From a virus: a DNA stretch of 64,000 nucleotides. The stretch lies in the IMG/VR virus record IMGVR_UViG_3300032163_000002, positions 64,001-128,000 of that record; one strand, 5' to 3'. The position numbers and the translations under genes are program-made. The notes beneath the pieces were generated by a model. The model did no database searches. It was not told the origin of the DNA and saw only the letters and a list, made by a program, of their open reading frames with translations. Positions 27,780-35,926 of the stretch are shown here, piece by piece (the first letter of the stretch is position 1; each line of letters starts with the position of its first letter).

Positions 27780-28562
27780 TTAACGAAGTTTGAGCGTGGA
27801 CACTGGAATGAACCATGCAATCAAAAAATCAAAATTTCGAGACAGATATTTAATCCTCCCAACAACGACCGGATCTTTTTTCCTAAACGTACGCGCCGGA
27901 CTAACCCCAATCTCATCGAAGATTTTCAGTGCCATTGCCCGCTCAGTCGCTGTGAGAATATGAGGCTTCGAAAGAGCAAAGGGAAACGTGATCTCTTCGC
28001 GGAATTTTTCAGCCCATCGGTTAACCAGCATAACAGGAGAAACCGTTCCATCAGCCGCCTTTTTATCAATAGTATAAGTTTTCTCCGCTGTTATTGCCTC
28101 CTCAGAGACATATCGCCCTTCTCCAAGAGCCGGAGCTTCTGATTCCTGAGCACGAACAGTTGGACCATTCCAACGGTTTTCACCACTTCTAAAATTCTTC
28201 GTCGGCTTCTTCCGTGTCGTCCTGACAGCAAAAATATCAATGGTAAAATCCGGAACGAGAATATACCCTGCCTCAAAAGCTGCACGCAACTTATGATAAG
28301 TCTCTGCTTTTTGAGACAACCTATGTAAATCCTGTTTGATCCGAACGAGATTCCAATGGTTTTTCTTGGCAATCTCGAAGTTTTCAGTCCGCTCTTTTAG
28401 CTCTACCTCCGTTTTTCTGATCAACTGAGATATCCAAGCAATAAGAGTTGTCTGTGAGGATGTAGCATCTACTTCAGACCCCACAACGACAGACACTTCA
28501 TCAGGAACCAACTCAGCCATTACTGGCGTTTCCAGTGCAGCAAGTTCCAGCGTCGCGCTCAT
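27780..28562 (-). CDS. hypothetical protein
   Basis: 260-aa ORF with RBS GGAG. Confidence 0.75.
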   Translation of the reverse strand: MSATLELAALETPVMAELVPDEVSVVVGSEVDATSSQTTLIAWISQLIRKTEVELKERTENFEIAKKNHWNLVRIKQDLHRLSQKAETYHKLRAAFEAGYILVPDFTIDIFAVRTTRKKPTKNFRSGENRWNGPTVRAQESEAPALGEGRYVSEEAITAEKTYTIDKKAADGTVSPVMLVNRWAEKFREEITFPFALSKPHILTATERAMALKIFDEIGVSPARTFRKKDPVVVGRIKYLSRNFDFLIAWFIPVSTLKLR

Positions 28563-28968
28563 TTTTCACTCCCTCCTCTTTACCAAGCAAAACTTTCACC
28601 ATAGCATTAATTTCAGCACAGATCGGGGCGTCAATATAAATTAAATCCCCTTCATCCGCCTCAATGTCTTCCCCGTGAATCTTCGGATCGTAAGCCACTT
28701 GAAAAAGAAGTCCAACTTCATGCGCCCATTCCTGAAACACCGGATCATTATAACCGGGATCAAAAAGATCCTCACGGATTTTTCCCCAAAACAACGCAAG
28801 AGGAAGCAACATTTCCATTATGGCAGCGGCATGAGTGAACATCTCTGAACGAATCTTGTTGAAATCAGGCGGTTTTTGCTCGGTTTCTCCGTGACCAGTG
28901 ATACACCCTGCAAGAAAAATGTCGTTGAGATTCTTGTCTATTTCTTCAGGCGTTAGGATTTTTTTCAT
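28513..28968 (-). CDS. hypothetical protein
   Basis: start reassigned to ATG 28968 (MKKILTP), ATGA-coupled to the upstream gene. Confidence 0.7.
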   Translation of the reverse strand: MKKILTPEEIDKNLNDIFLAGCITGHGETEQKPPDFNKIRSEMFTHAAAIMEMLLPLALFWGKIREDLFDPGYNDPVFQEWAHEVGLLFQVAYDPKIHGEDIEADEGDLIYIDAPICAEINAMVKVLLGKEEGVKNERDAGTCCTGNASNG

Positions 28969-29216
28969 ACCCGTTGTGCCTCCTTTTTTGCCGCTTGAAG
29001 TTCCCGCCGTTTCTTTTCCCACTCCCGCTTCGCCTGCATGTCTGCGAAAGCGGTCTTACCCCGTTGCGCAGCATCATCGCGGAACTACTGCCACGGCCCA
29101 ACACGCAGATAAGCACGCACGTAGACACGTCGCTGAAGCTTTATCATAGCCCGATACTTGATAAGCTCGGCGGCTTCCCGTGGATCTTTGTCATTAACGA
29201 AAAATTTCAATTTCAT
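28965..29216 (-). pseudogene. 83-codon gene with one in-frame TAG at 29085-29087; pseudogene or amber readthrough
   Basis: MKLKFFVND...VGPWQ*FRDDAA...AAKKEAQRV; RBS GGGAG; terminal TGA overlaps the next ATG. Confidence 0.65.
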
Positions 29217-29218
29217 AA

Positions 29219-29380
29219 TTACATCTCCCTAGCGCTTTTTTCAGCATTTGCAACCCACACGAAACAAAATACTCCAACTGCCACCATCCAATTACTCCCC
29301 AACCAAATCAATAACAGGCTTACAATATAAAGCACCCACGAAAAAATCAGCACAAACCAGTATGCCCATTTATTTTTCAT
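29219..29380 (-). CDS. small membrane protein (2 TM), 53 aa
   Basis: MKNKWAYWFVLIFSWVLYIVSLLLIWLGSNWMVAVGVFCFVW; below the ORF-track cutoff. Confidence 0.65.
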   Translation of the reverse strand: MKNKWAYWFVLIFSWVLYIVSLLLIWLGSNWMVAVGVFCFVWVANAEKSAREM

Positions 29381-29622
29381 TTTCCTCCTTCAGCTATAGC
29401 ATTTCGTTTATTTAACCAATATTGCTGAAACCACCCAAGACGATGTACTGGCCTGCAATACCCGCATCCCGGAAGAAGACACCGATCTACGAGAATCGAC
29501 CAGTTATACCAAAACATCCAACGAGGCGTCGCGGGCGCTATACGTTGTTGGCTACCATAACCATGCGTGTGAGGTCTCAAATTTTCTTCCTCGCAACACG
29601 AATATAGTGAAGAGGAGGCCAA
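29377..29622 (-). CDS. hypothetical protein
   Basis: coupled ORF; start uncertain. Confidence 0.5.
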   Translation of the reverse strand: MASSSLYSCCEEENLRPHTHGYGSQQRIAPATPRWMFWYNWSILVDRCLLPGCGYCRPVHRLGWFQQYWLNKRNAIAEGGK

Positions 29623-29999
29623 CGCGGCGGAATATTCTTGTATTGATCAGTACAGGCCATATCCAATGCTTTCCGTAATACCTTCACCAATTTTTTTGTT
29701 TCAGCAAGATCGCTCCGAAGAGATGCATCTGTAAAAAGAAACTCTTCAATATAAGGATGGTCTGAATCATCTGGCAACGCCTTGAACATGAACTCTATCG
29801 CTTCTCGTGTCAATCTGGTCAATTTACTGACACAAGTTATATCTGGAATTTTAACTCGTGATTTTGTCGTTTGTAGAGCCAAGATATTCACTGTTCTCAA
29901 CAACTTACTTCGCTGTTCATTCAAATCTGTAACAGCAACGCAAGTACCTTCATGCTTCAATTCAAAACACCGAAAACATATTGTTGGGCGCTGATTCAT
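29577..29999 (-). CDS. hypothetical protein
   Basis: CxxC..H..C N-terminus; ATGA coupling. Confidence 0.6.
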   Translation of the reverse strand: MNQRPTICFRCFELKHEGTCVAVTDLNEQRSKLLRTVNILALQTTKSRVKIPDITCVSKLTRLTREAIEFMFKALPDDSDHPYIEEFLFTDASLRSDLAETKKLVKVLRKALDMACTDQYKNIPPRWPPLHYIRVARKKI

Positions 30000-30475
30000 A
30001 CTTTTTTCTTCTCACCAAGAATAATCTTTTCAACTTGGTCGTCACTCAACCCTCGCCAACGACACCACCGAATAACACAACCCACTTTGAAATTGAGCCA
30101 CACATTTTCACAGGCATGTTTCACAAGCTCAAAAGCTGCCCGCCAGTAACTACCGTACCACGCACGAACTAAACACCACAGATTAAGCTGCCATATAGGT
30201 TCTACTTTTATTCCCCGATCCTGAAATACACGAAGCCCCCGCAAGGCATTCTCCCACGGAACAGAGTAAACAGGATATCGACGGTTCACTTCAATACTCC
30301 GCGTTTTCATGCTGCATATCTTGCACACTACACGCCGCTTGTGACCTGCAAAAACGCCATGACAAGAACAGCACTCATTCCAATAATTGCCGTTCTCGTG
30401 CTTAAAATCTTCAGGCCAATCCCGTTCCGTTGCTTTCCAGTCCCGTTCATTTACTTTGTAAGAAGAATCAGCCAT
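29996..30475 (-). CDS. hypothetical protein with N-terminal Zn ribbon
   Basis: RDWPEDF.HENGNY..C..C..F.GHKRRVVCKIC motif. Confidence 0.7.
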   Translation of the reverse strand: MADSSYKVNERDWKATERDWPEDFKHENGNYWNECCSCHGVFAGHKRRVVCKICSMKTRSIEVNRRYPVYSVPWENALRGLRVFQDRGIKVEPIWQLNLWCLVRAWYGSYWRAAFELVKHACENVWLNFKVGCVIRWCRWRGLSDDQVEKIILGEKKKV

Positions 30476-31085
30476 TTTTCGTTACCTCAAATAATTTGTT
30501 CTTTTCATAAATCGCCTGTACCCAACTGGCAGAAAGACCAAAGCGCTTTCCAATCAAACCGTATGCTTCTCCCTTATTGCGAGCTTTAACGATTTCGTGA
30601 TCCCTTTCTTTTCTTGCCGGAGCACCAAGTGCCCGAACAGAAAGTACCGGAATCACACGACGCTTCGGAAATCTGGTATTAAGCATGCACTCTCTATTAT
30701 GAAAATATTGACTCTCATGCTTCGGATTGAACGAAACCCCACAGCCTTCACACTGTCGCAAACGTGCCCCGCAAGTAGGACACACCGAACCACCCTCCGC
30801 AGAGGGCTTCTTGTATCGTTTTTCCAGCCCCGTTTCATATCCTGTAACAATCGGTAATTGAACACCATACCTCTTCAATATACAACACAGTAACTGATGC
30901 GAATTCTCCCCAAAATTACGAAGGAGAAACATTGCCCTCCATTGCAAACCATCTCGGTAAAGAAGACACCCCGTAGATGTACGCGCAAGGTCTAAAGTCG
31001 TTTTCAAATTGGCACTACGCAAACAATTTTTTAAGCGCTCCGTCAAATCGAGTTCTTCCAAAACGATAGATTTCTGCTCAACCAT
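30468..31085 (-). CDS. RNA polymerase alpha-CTD-like domain + Zn ribbon + HTH fusion
   Basis: LEELDLTERLKNCLRSANLKTTLDL...LRNFGENS; CPTC..CEGC; RDHEIV..G.AYGLIGKRFGLSASWV. Confidence 0.7.
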   Translation of the reverse strand: MVEQKSIVLEELDLTERLKNCLRSANLKTTLDLARTSTGCLLYRDGLQWRAMFLLRNFGENSHQLLCCILKRYGVQLPIVTGYETGLEKRYKKPSAEGGSVCPTCGARLRQCEGCGVSFNPKHESQYFHNRECMLNTRFPKRRVIPVLSVRALGAPARKERDHEIVKARNKGEAYGLIGKRFGLSASWVQAIYEKNKLFEVTKNG

Positions 31086-32034
31086 GAAATTCTCCCGGAA
31101 TTTCTTTATAGATTTTTCCGATCACGCCTGTCTTCATATCTCCAACAAGACTCGGGGGCCAATAAAAAGTTCCGATTGCATGCCCGAGCAATGGGCGTTC
31201 GGACAAATATGTTTTGAAGTGTCCCCGCCGCAAATGCACCCCGATTAAAACTTTTTGCTGTGTCGCGCGGCGGATCTCGTCTTCAGAAAGAATTCGCTGT
31301 GTGCCGGGCACTCTAATTCGCAAAGTGTGATAACGAAGATACAGAAGACCACCACGGCGCACATGTTTCTTCGACAACTTCTCCGGAGGATTGATCTCCT
31401 CCGGCAAAACATTTCGACAGGATAAAAGCCCCTGAAAAAATAAAGCGACGTGACAAGAAGCGGGCACAGAGATATCCCCGAGACGTATATCCGTATCCGG
31501 CACGGTTAAATCATCGAGCTGAGAAACGAATTCTCCTCGATAAGTGTAAGCTGTACGTAAAACCCGTCCATCCTTTTCAAGCACAGCAATCATTGTCACA
31601 GTCGGCTGAATGACAATATTCCCCGCTTCAATAAACGGAACTAGTACCTGAATCCACCGTGCCCCGGCTATAAAATGCTGCCATAAAACGACACCTGCCG
31701 GGTCAAGGAACTCAGGACACATAAAGTGGTCAGGTGTAATTTGCTGCTGGTCAAACGTCACAATAGCCACAGCAGAGCATGCACCTTTCTCGTGCCATTC
31801 ATACCACACATTTTGATACGGCGGAGCAGCAGGTGGAATATCATAGATAGAAGTTTGAGCGATAACGGGAAACGTCTGTAACCCGTGGGCATGCTGAAAA
31901 TGTTCAAGCGCAAGTGGAAATACGGACGTACATTCGAAACTCTGGAATAACCCTCTCGGTGCAGACGGAAAAGTGCCAAACGGTATGACAACTTCAGTCA
32001 TCCGGTCAAGAAGGAGCGTTCGGTAGCTGCTCAC
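31078..32034 (-). CDS. hypothetical protein (HLRRGH motif family)
   Basis: HLRRGHFK...YWPP..VG; start reassigned to the coupled GTG. Confidence 0.7.
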   Translation of the reverse strand: MSSYRTLLLDRMTEVVIPFGTFPSAPRGLFQSFECTSVFPLALEHFQHAHGLQTFPVIAQTSIYDIPPAAPPYQNVWYEWHEKGACSAVAIVTFDQQQITPDHFMCPEFLDPAGVVLWQHFIAGARWIQVLVPFIEAGNIVIQPTVTMIAVLEKDGRVLRTAYTYRGEFVSQLDDLTVPDTDIRLGDISVPASCHVALFFQGLLSCRNVLPEEINPPEKLSKKHVRRGGLLYLRYHTLRIRVPGTQRILSEDEIRRATQQKVLIGVHLRRGHFKTYLSERPLLGHAIGTFYWPPSLVGDMKTGVIGKIYKEIPGEFHG

Positions 32035-32618
32035 CGAAAATCTTCCTTCCACGCGCTTATCCAACCACCGCAAGCAAGGAAAGGACGAAACACGCGCTTT
32101 AGCTTCCGAATTTCCACGAGGTTGTCCACACAGATGCTCGACCAAATATCGAAGTAGATCGTGTCGTAGCGCGTGCCTCGCTTTGGACGCCACTTAAAAA
32201 TGTCGGCCACGACAACACGCATACCCAGCGGAAGCGAGGGGTTCACGAGCGTCACAACATCAGGATATTTCTCGACAACTGTGATCTCGGTGACGTTCTT
32301 TTTCTTGGCGAGCGCATGCAAGACAAGCCCGATACCGAGCCTGGCGACCAGAACTCGACCATGCGCCTCTTCCACGATTTCACGGTTCGTCCGCTTCTCC
32401 ATCTGTGTGTCGCTCATCACAAGCTCACCATTCACCTTGAGCATGACGTAGCGACCCAGCGACACTAAAGCATCGCGCCTCCCGTGGATCATGGTGTGCA
32501 GATTAGCGAACCGCACGTCCTGCTCCGAAAGAGTGAAATGCGTCACCTCAGCGACCCCAGCCTTGCCCGGAGGCAGGAGTGTCGTCATGGTCTTCGGGAA
32601 ACCTGCGGAAGCGTCCAT
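32031..32618 (-). CDS. spermidine-synthase-like SAM-dependent methyltransferase
   Basis: MSDT.ME, GRVLVARLGIG, VVEK, ADIF, YDTIYFDIW; leaderless ATG at 32618. Confidence 0.75.
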   Translation of the reverse strand: MDASAGFPKTMTTLLPPGKAGVAEVTHFTLSEQDVRFANLHTMIHGRRDALVSLGRYVMLKVNGELVMSDTQMEKRTNREIVEEAHGRVLVARLGIGLVLHALAKKKNVTEITVVEKYPDVVTLVNPSLPLGMRVVVADIFKWRPKRGTRYDTIYFDIWSSICVDNLVEIRKLKRVFRPFLACGGWISAWKEDFR

Positions 32619-32625
32619 AAGGGAT

Positions 32626-32654
32626 AACTTACACCCGTAAGAGAAGAATGTCAA
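32626..32654 (-). promoter_or_regulatory. promoter TTGACA-N17-TAAGTT with CTTAC-N4-GTAAG
   Basis: aacttacacccgtaagagaagaatgtcaa. Confidence 0.88.
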
Positions 32655-32657
32655 GAG

Positions 32658-33230
32658 CTATTTCGCTATACCCCTGTCATCTTTTATCGACCCCTCTGGC
32701 GGAAACTCCACCGCTCGTGCCCGACGAGCCTCGATTAACAGTGCCCTCACATCGGCCCGTGCCTGTGCAGGATAGGCAACGAAACGCCTCTCAATCTCCA
32801 AGAGGATTTCCTCGCTCATCCTCCCGCTCGCGGGTAAAGGCGGGACGGAAGAAACGCAGGGATACCCAGCAAGCCGCTCTCCGACACGAGGCTCCAGTGG
32901 GGAGGCAGATTCGCGCCACTCCATCAAAGCTTTATTGTCGTCCGACACCACCCGCCATGCTCCACGCGGTTTTACAGGCGAGGATGAGGAGGAAGGAGCT
33001 GGCTTATTCATTTTGAAAACAAGTTCTGCCATGTTGCATAAAGCGTTCAGCTCTGGCAGCCCAATCGTAGTGCAGTTGTTTTTTTCGTCACGTCCTATTT
33101 TTCTGATGCAGTCAATTTGCTCCTGTGTTAAAACTGCCTTGAAAATAGGACGGGTACATATACAACCCGGCTCCAAGCAACCAAGTCCAGTATGAGTGGT
33201 ATGAATACAGTAAGAACACAATTCGATCAT
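32658..33230 (-). CDS. hypothetical protein
   Basis: N-terminal C..C.H..H..C..C.C. Confidence 0.6.
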   Translation of the reverse strand: MIELCSYCIHTTHTGLGCLEPGCICTRPIFKAVLTQEQIDCIRKIGRDEKNNCTTIGLPELNALCNMAELVFKMNKPAPSSSSSPVKPRGAWRVVSDDNKALMEWRESASPLEPRVGERLAGYPCVSSVPPLPASGRMSEEILLEIERRFVAYPAQARADVRALLIEARRARAVEFPPEGSIKDDRGIAK

Positions 33231-33233
33231 TTT

Positions 33234-33488
33234 TCACTCCAAGAATTTCTCGAATGCCTTTTCGAGTTTTGCAAAGCCTGTATGGTCATACAACCGCTGC
33301 ATCATTACCGACTGGCACGGCATTTCCATGTGCGCCAAATAAAACCAGTGCTGACGTTGAGCGGTATCCTCGGGAGCATTCGAAAAGAAAAACATCCAAG
33401 AATCGTTCTTTTCCTTGTTGGAAATCAAATTCTTTGCTGTGTGCAGAATGATTGCAGCGGCCATACGGCGATAAGGAAGATCGTTCAT
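33234..33488 (-). CDS. hypothetical protein
   Basis: coupled ORF. Confidence 0.6.
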   Translation of the reverse strand: MNDLPYRRMAAAIILHTAKNLISNKEKNDSWMFFFSNAPEDTAQRQHWFYLAHMEMPCQSVMMQRLYDHTGFAKLEKAFEKFLE

Positions 33489-33805
33489 GGTTTTTCCTCA
33501 ACATAAGGCCAAACAGGAGGAGCAGGCAAAGGCATCCACGCACGTACTTTCCGACCTGTGTTTCCGAAAAGAGAACCTTCTGAGCGCCAGTAACCGGAAT
33601 AAAACACAGTCTTACCATCTTTCTTTTGATTTTTTGGGGGTTTTTCAAAAGTGTCAATGAAAATGGAATGCTCATCCCACACTAAAAAGCAACCGCCGTA
33701 ATGTTGATAACTTCCTTTTTCAAATGTCACTTTCAAATCTGGCAAATCTGGCTGCCGTACAGAAGCATCAATCCAACCAAGATCCGATTCTCGGTCAACC
33801 ATCAT
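33485..33805 (-). CDS. DUF551-like protein
   Basis: WIDAS..P ... V.AWMPLP.PP. Confidence 0.7.
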   Translation of the reverse strand: MMVDRESDLGWIDASVRQPDLPDLKVTFEKGSYQHYGGCFLVWDEHSIFIDTFEKPPKNQKKDGKTVFYSGYWRSEGSLFGNTGRKVRAWMPLPAPPVWPYVEEKP

Positions 33806-34122
33806 TGAGAAACGACCTCCTCACCAAGCTCATCATCGAAAATCAGTTCTCCAAGCCCTTCAATTTTTCCATACCACACCGGACTACGAAGATTCAAGGA
33901 TGCCTCCGATACAGTCTGCCGCAAGGCAAACATGATACACGCAGGGTTTCTTACTTGTGCTCCCCAAGATCCACCGAAAACTTTGGTATCCCGATCTTCG
34001 ATCTCAATGGCAATAGGCATGAAGGGAGTGGGAACACCCATTCGATATTTGCTGGTGAAATAAGGGTTCACAGGAGACTTCAAATAGAATGTCTTACCAC
34101 AACGGTCAATCTTTCGTCGCAT
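33802..34122 (-). CDS. hypothetical protein
   Basis: IED..V.GGSW...NPA...VWYGKI.GLGEL pattern. Confidence 0.7.
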   Translation of the reverse strand: MRRKIDRCGKTFYLKSPVNPYFTSKYRMGVPTPFMPIAIEIEDRDTKVFGGSWGAQVRNPACIMFALRQTVSEASLNLRSPVWYGKIEGLGELIFDDELGEEVVSQ

Positions 34123-34369
34123 CGGGGGCCTCCGTCTTCACGGCAGCCGCCTCCAGTTGGGCGGCCTGTTTCAAGAGTCGTCGCCTCCGGATCGGATGCC
34201 ACCACGGTACGCCGAGCGCCATCGCGCGACAAACTGCCGCGATTTGGATGCCAAACTCTTTAACAGTGATTGGATAAAGGCCCCCTTCAGCATCTTCTTC
34301 TAGAACACGGTCGATGTGATCTGCCAGCCCTTCAATTCGGCGCTTAGTCATCTCGTCAATTTCGCTCAT
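34106..34369 (-). CDS. hypothetical protein
   Basis: start reassigned to MSEIDEM. Confidence 0.55.
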   Translation of the reverse strand: MSEIDEMTKRRIEGLADHIDRVLEEDAEGGLYPITVKEFGIQIAAVCRAMALGVPWWHPIRRRRLLKQAAQLEAAAVKTEAPDATKD

Positions 34370-34652
34370 CTCTTCTCTTTTTTTGCAACTCTCGTCGCGT
34401 CGCGCGAGATAGCGGTTGGGCGGGCGCTTCCCCCGCCGAGGGCTCAACCACCCTACTTTCATTCCGGTCATCGGTGTTGCTCAACAATGACTCTCCGGGC
34501 GTCTCTATTCGGAGCTTACGGCGTCGCTGGACCCTCTTGTTGATGTCTTCTCGGGAATCCCTGTGCGGCGAGTCTGTCGCCACTCGCAACCGCATAATCA
34601 TTTCGTCGCCCGGCGCGTCATGTTTTTCTCGGACTTCCTCTTCGTTTTTCAT
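34356..34652 (-). CDS. hypothetical protein
   Basis: TAATG coupling; charged. Confidence 0.55.
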   Translation of the reverse strand: MKNEEEVREKHDAPGDEMIMRLRVATDSPHRDSREDINKRVQRRRKLRIETPGESLLSNTDDRNESRVVEPSAGEAPAQPLSRATRRELQKKRRDERN

Positions 34653-34882
34653 TAGCAGTCCAGCACGATGTGAACGAAACCCTTACGTAACCGTGACTGC
34701 CCACAACGTATGCGCTGTCGGAGTCTCATGTCTTCAGACACCCTCCAGCCCATCGAAGTGCCAGAAGGCTGAATGGAGTCAGCGAAAGCCTTCACCTGTT
34801 CGTTCGTCCAGTCAGAAGGGACGCAGACCTGTATGGCCAGAGGACGAGCTTGAATCAGCGTAGGCTTCGGCTTCGAGTCCAT
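34652..34882 (-). CDS. conserved phage hypothetical protein
   Basis: QVCVPSDWTNEQV..FA...P.GT..GW; leaderless ATG at 34882. Confidence 0.7.
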   Translation of the reverse strand: MDSKPKPTLIQARPLAIQVCVPSDWTNEQVKAFADSIQPSGTSMGWRVSEDMRLRQRIRCGQSRLRKGFVHIVLDC

Positions 34883-34889
34883 GCCCGAT

Positions 34890-34918
34890 AACTTACATCC
34901 GTAAGAAGCGAATGTCAA
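34890..34918 (-). promoter_or_regulatory. promoter TTGACA-N17-TAAGTT with CTTAC-N4-GTAAG
   Basis: aacttacatccgtaagaagcgaatgtcaa. Confidence 0.88.
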
Positions 34919-34990
34919 GGACTTTTTCGCTATGCTTTGAAAAAAATAGAACCGAAGTTGAAATTTACACCTAGCAGAGTTTCATATTTT

Positions 34991-35041
34991 TTTACACTTC
35001 ACTTTTCTTTACACTTCACTTTTCTTTACACTTCACTTTTT
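34991..35041. repeat. 3 x 17-bp direct repeat TTTACACTTCACTTTT(C/T) in an AT-rich non-coding region
   Basis: direct inspection. Confidence 0.9.
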
Positions 35042-35428
35042 CTATTCTTCAAAAAGATAGAATTTGTTGACCGACAGTGATTTATGCGGAGCGAAGCGAA
35101 GCCTAACCACGTAAGGGGGGAGATTCCCAAGTGCGAAGCACGAAGGGATTCGGGGGGAATACGCCTGCCAGAATGGCGTGTCAAGTACTATCTTTCGACA
35201 GCATCTAAGTAGTATAAAACACAATGATTTAGACGTGTATCGAAAAGTTACACATTGATCACACCCCCTGTTTTCTTACGGCAAAAACGCTTCTTTGCAG
35301 CCCCCGACCGCATGTAATGCATGATGGCTAAGTGCTTGTTTGCCGTACCATCGCTTTTAAGCCGATTCGCTCTCCAAAGGCCCTAACTGCAAAGCTTTAC
35401 AGTCAGGGCCTCTCAACCTTTCATGGCC

Positions 35429-35803
35429 TCAGTCCGCCGGGGAAGCGCCGCGCACCTCCAACTTGGCGAACTCGATGATCTTGGAGTACTTTGCGATCTG
35501 TTCCGGGGTCAGAAGACTCTTGTCGATGTCCGTCCGCTTCGACGGAATGGCCTGCACAACACCTTCCGGGGTCGTGAAGCTGGACACATCCGCCTCGATG
35601 AGAGCAGTCCCCAGCCGGGCAACGAGGGCCTTCTCCTTGTCTTCGAGCTGATGTTTGAGACTCCGGACCTCGACCAGCTCCTTGATGTTTTCGGTCACAT
35701 CCTTTCGGACAGTCTGCTTGAAGCCGCCTTTCTTCGCAGCTTCCAGTAGTGCAGCCTTATCCAGCGTAGGGGTGGCCTCGGTAACGTGTTTCTGGCTCGA
35801 CAT
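35429..35803 (-). CDS. hypothetical protein (first gene of the leftward block)
   Basis: strong SD AAGGAGG; own promoter. Confidence 0.75.
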   Translation of the reverse strand: MSSQKHVTEATPTLDKAALLEAAKKGGFKQTVRKDVTENIKELVEVRSLKHQLEDKEKALVARLGTALIEADVSSFTTPEGVVQAIPSKRTDIDKSLLTPEQIAKYSKIIEFAKLEVRGASPAD

Positions 35804-35834
35804 AGTCTGGTTCCTCCTTTTCCTTTCAATCTAT

Positions 35835-35863
35835 AACTTACATCTGTAAGATCGAAAAGTCAA
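35835..35863 (-). promoter_or_regulatory. promoter TTGACT-N17-TAAGTT with CTTAC-N4-GTAAG
   Basis: aacttacatctgtaagatcgaaaagtcaa. Confidence 0.88.
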
Positions 35864-35890
35864 GGGAAATCTTATGCCAGAAACAACCTC

Positions 35891-35920
35891 TTGACATCGG
35901 AGGAGTTAACCAGATAAGGT
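35891..35920 (+). promoter_or_regulatory. promoter TTGACA-N18-TAAGGT for the packaging operon, leaderless GTG at 35927
   Basis: ttgacatcggaggagttaaccagataaggt. Confidence 0.6.
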
Positions 35921-35926
35921 ATTACC

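Noticed and set aside
32619-34918. Shared N-terminal peptide MTF(F/A)SYGCKLS in ORF-track entries 32031..32654 and 34652..34918
   Set aside because: It is the translation of the repeated promoter (TTG of the -35 box taken as start); the true starts are ATG 32618 and 34882
2020-35041. Tandem repeats (2020-2290, 13775-13846, 19080-19139, 34991-35041) as CRISPR arrays
   Set aside because: They have no unique spacers, three are in-frame coding repeats, and no cas genes are present
35156-35184. Additional minus-strand TTGACA at 35179-35184 as a promoter
   Set aside because: No convincing -10 hexamer at 16-18 bp spacing and no dyad
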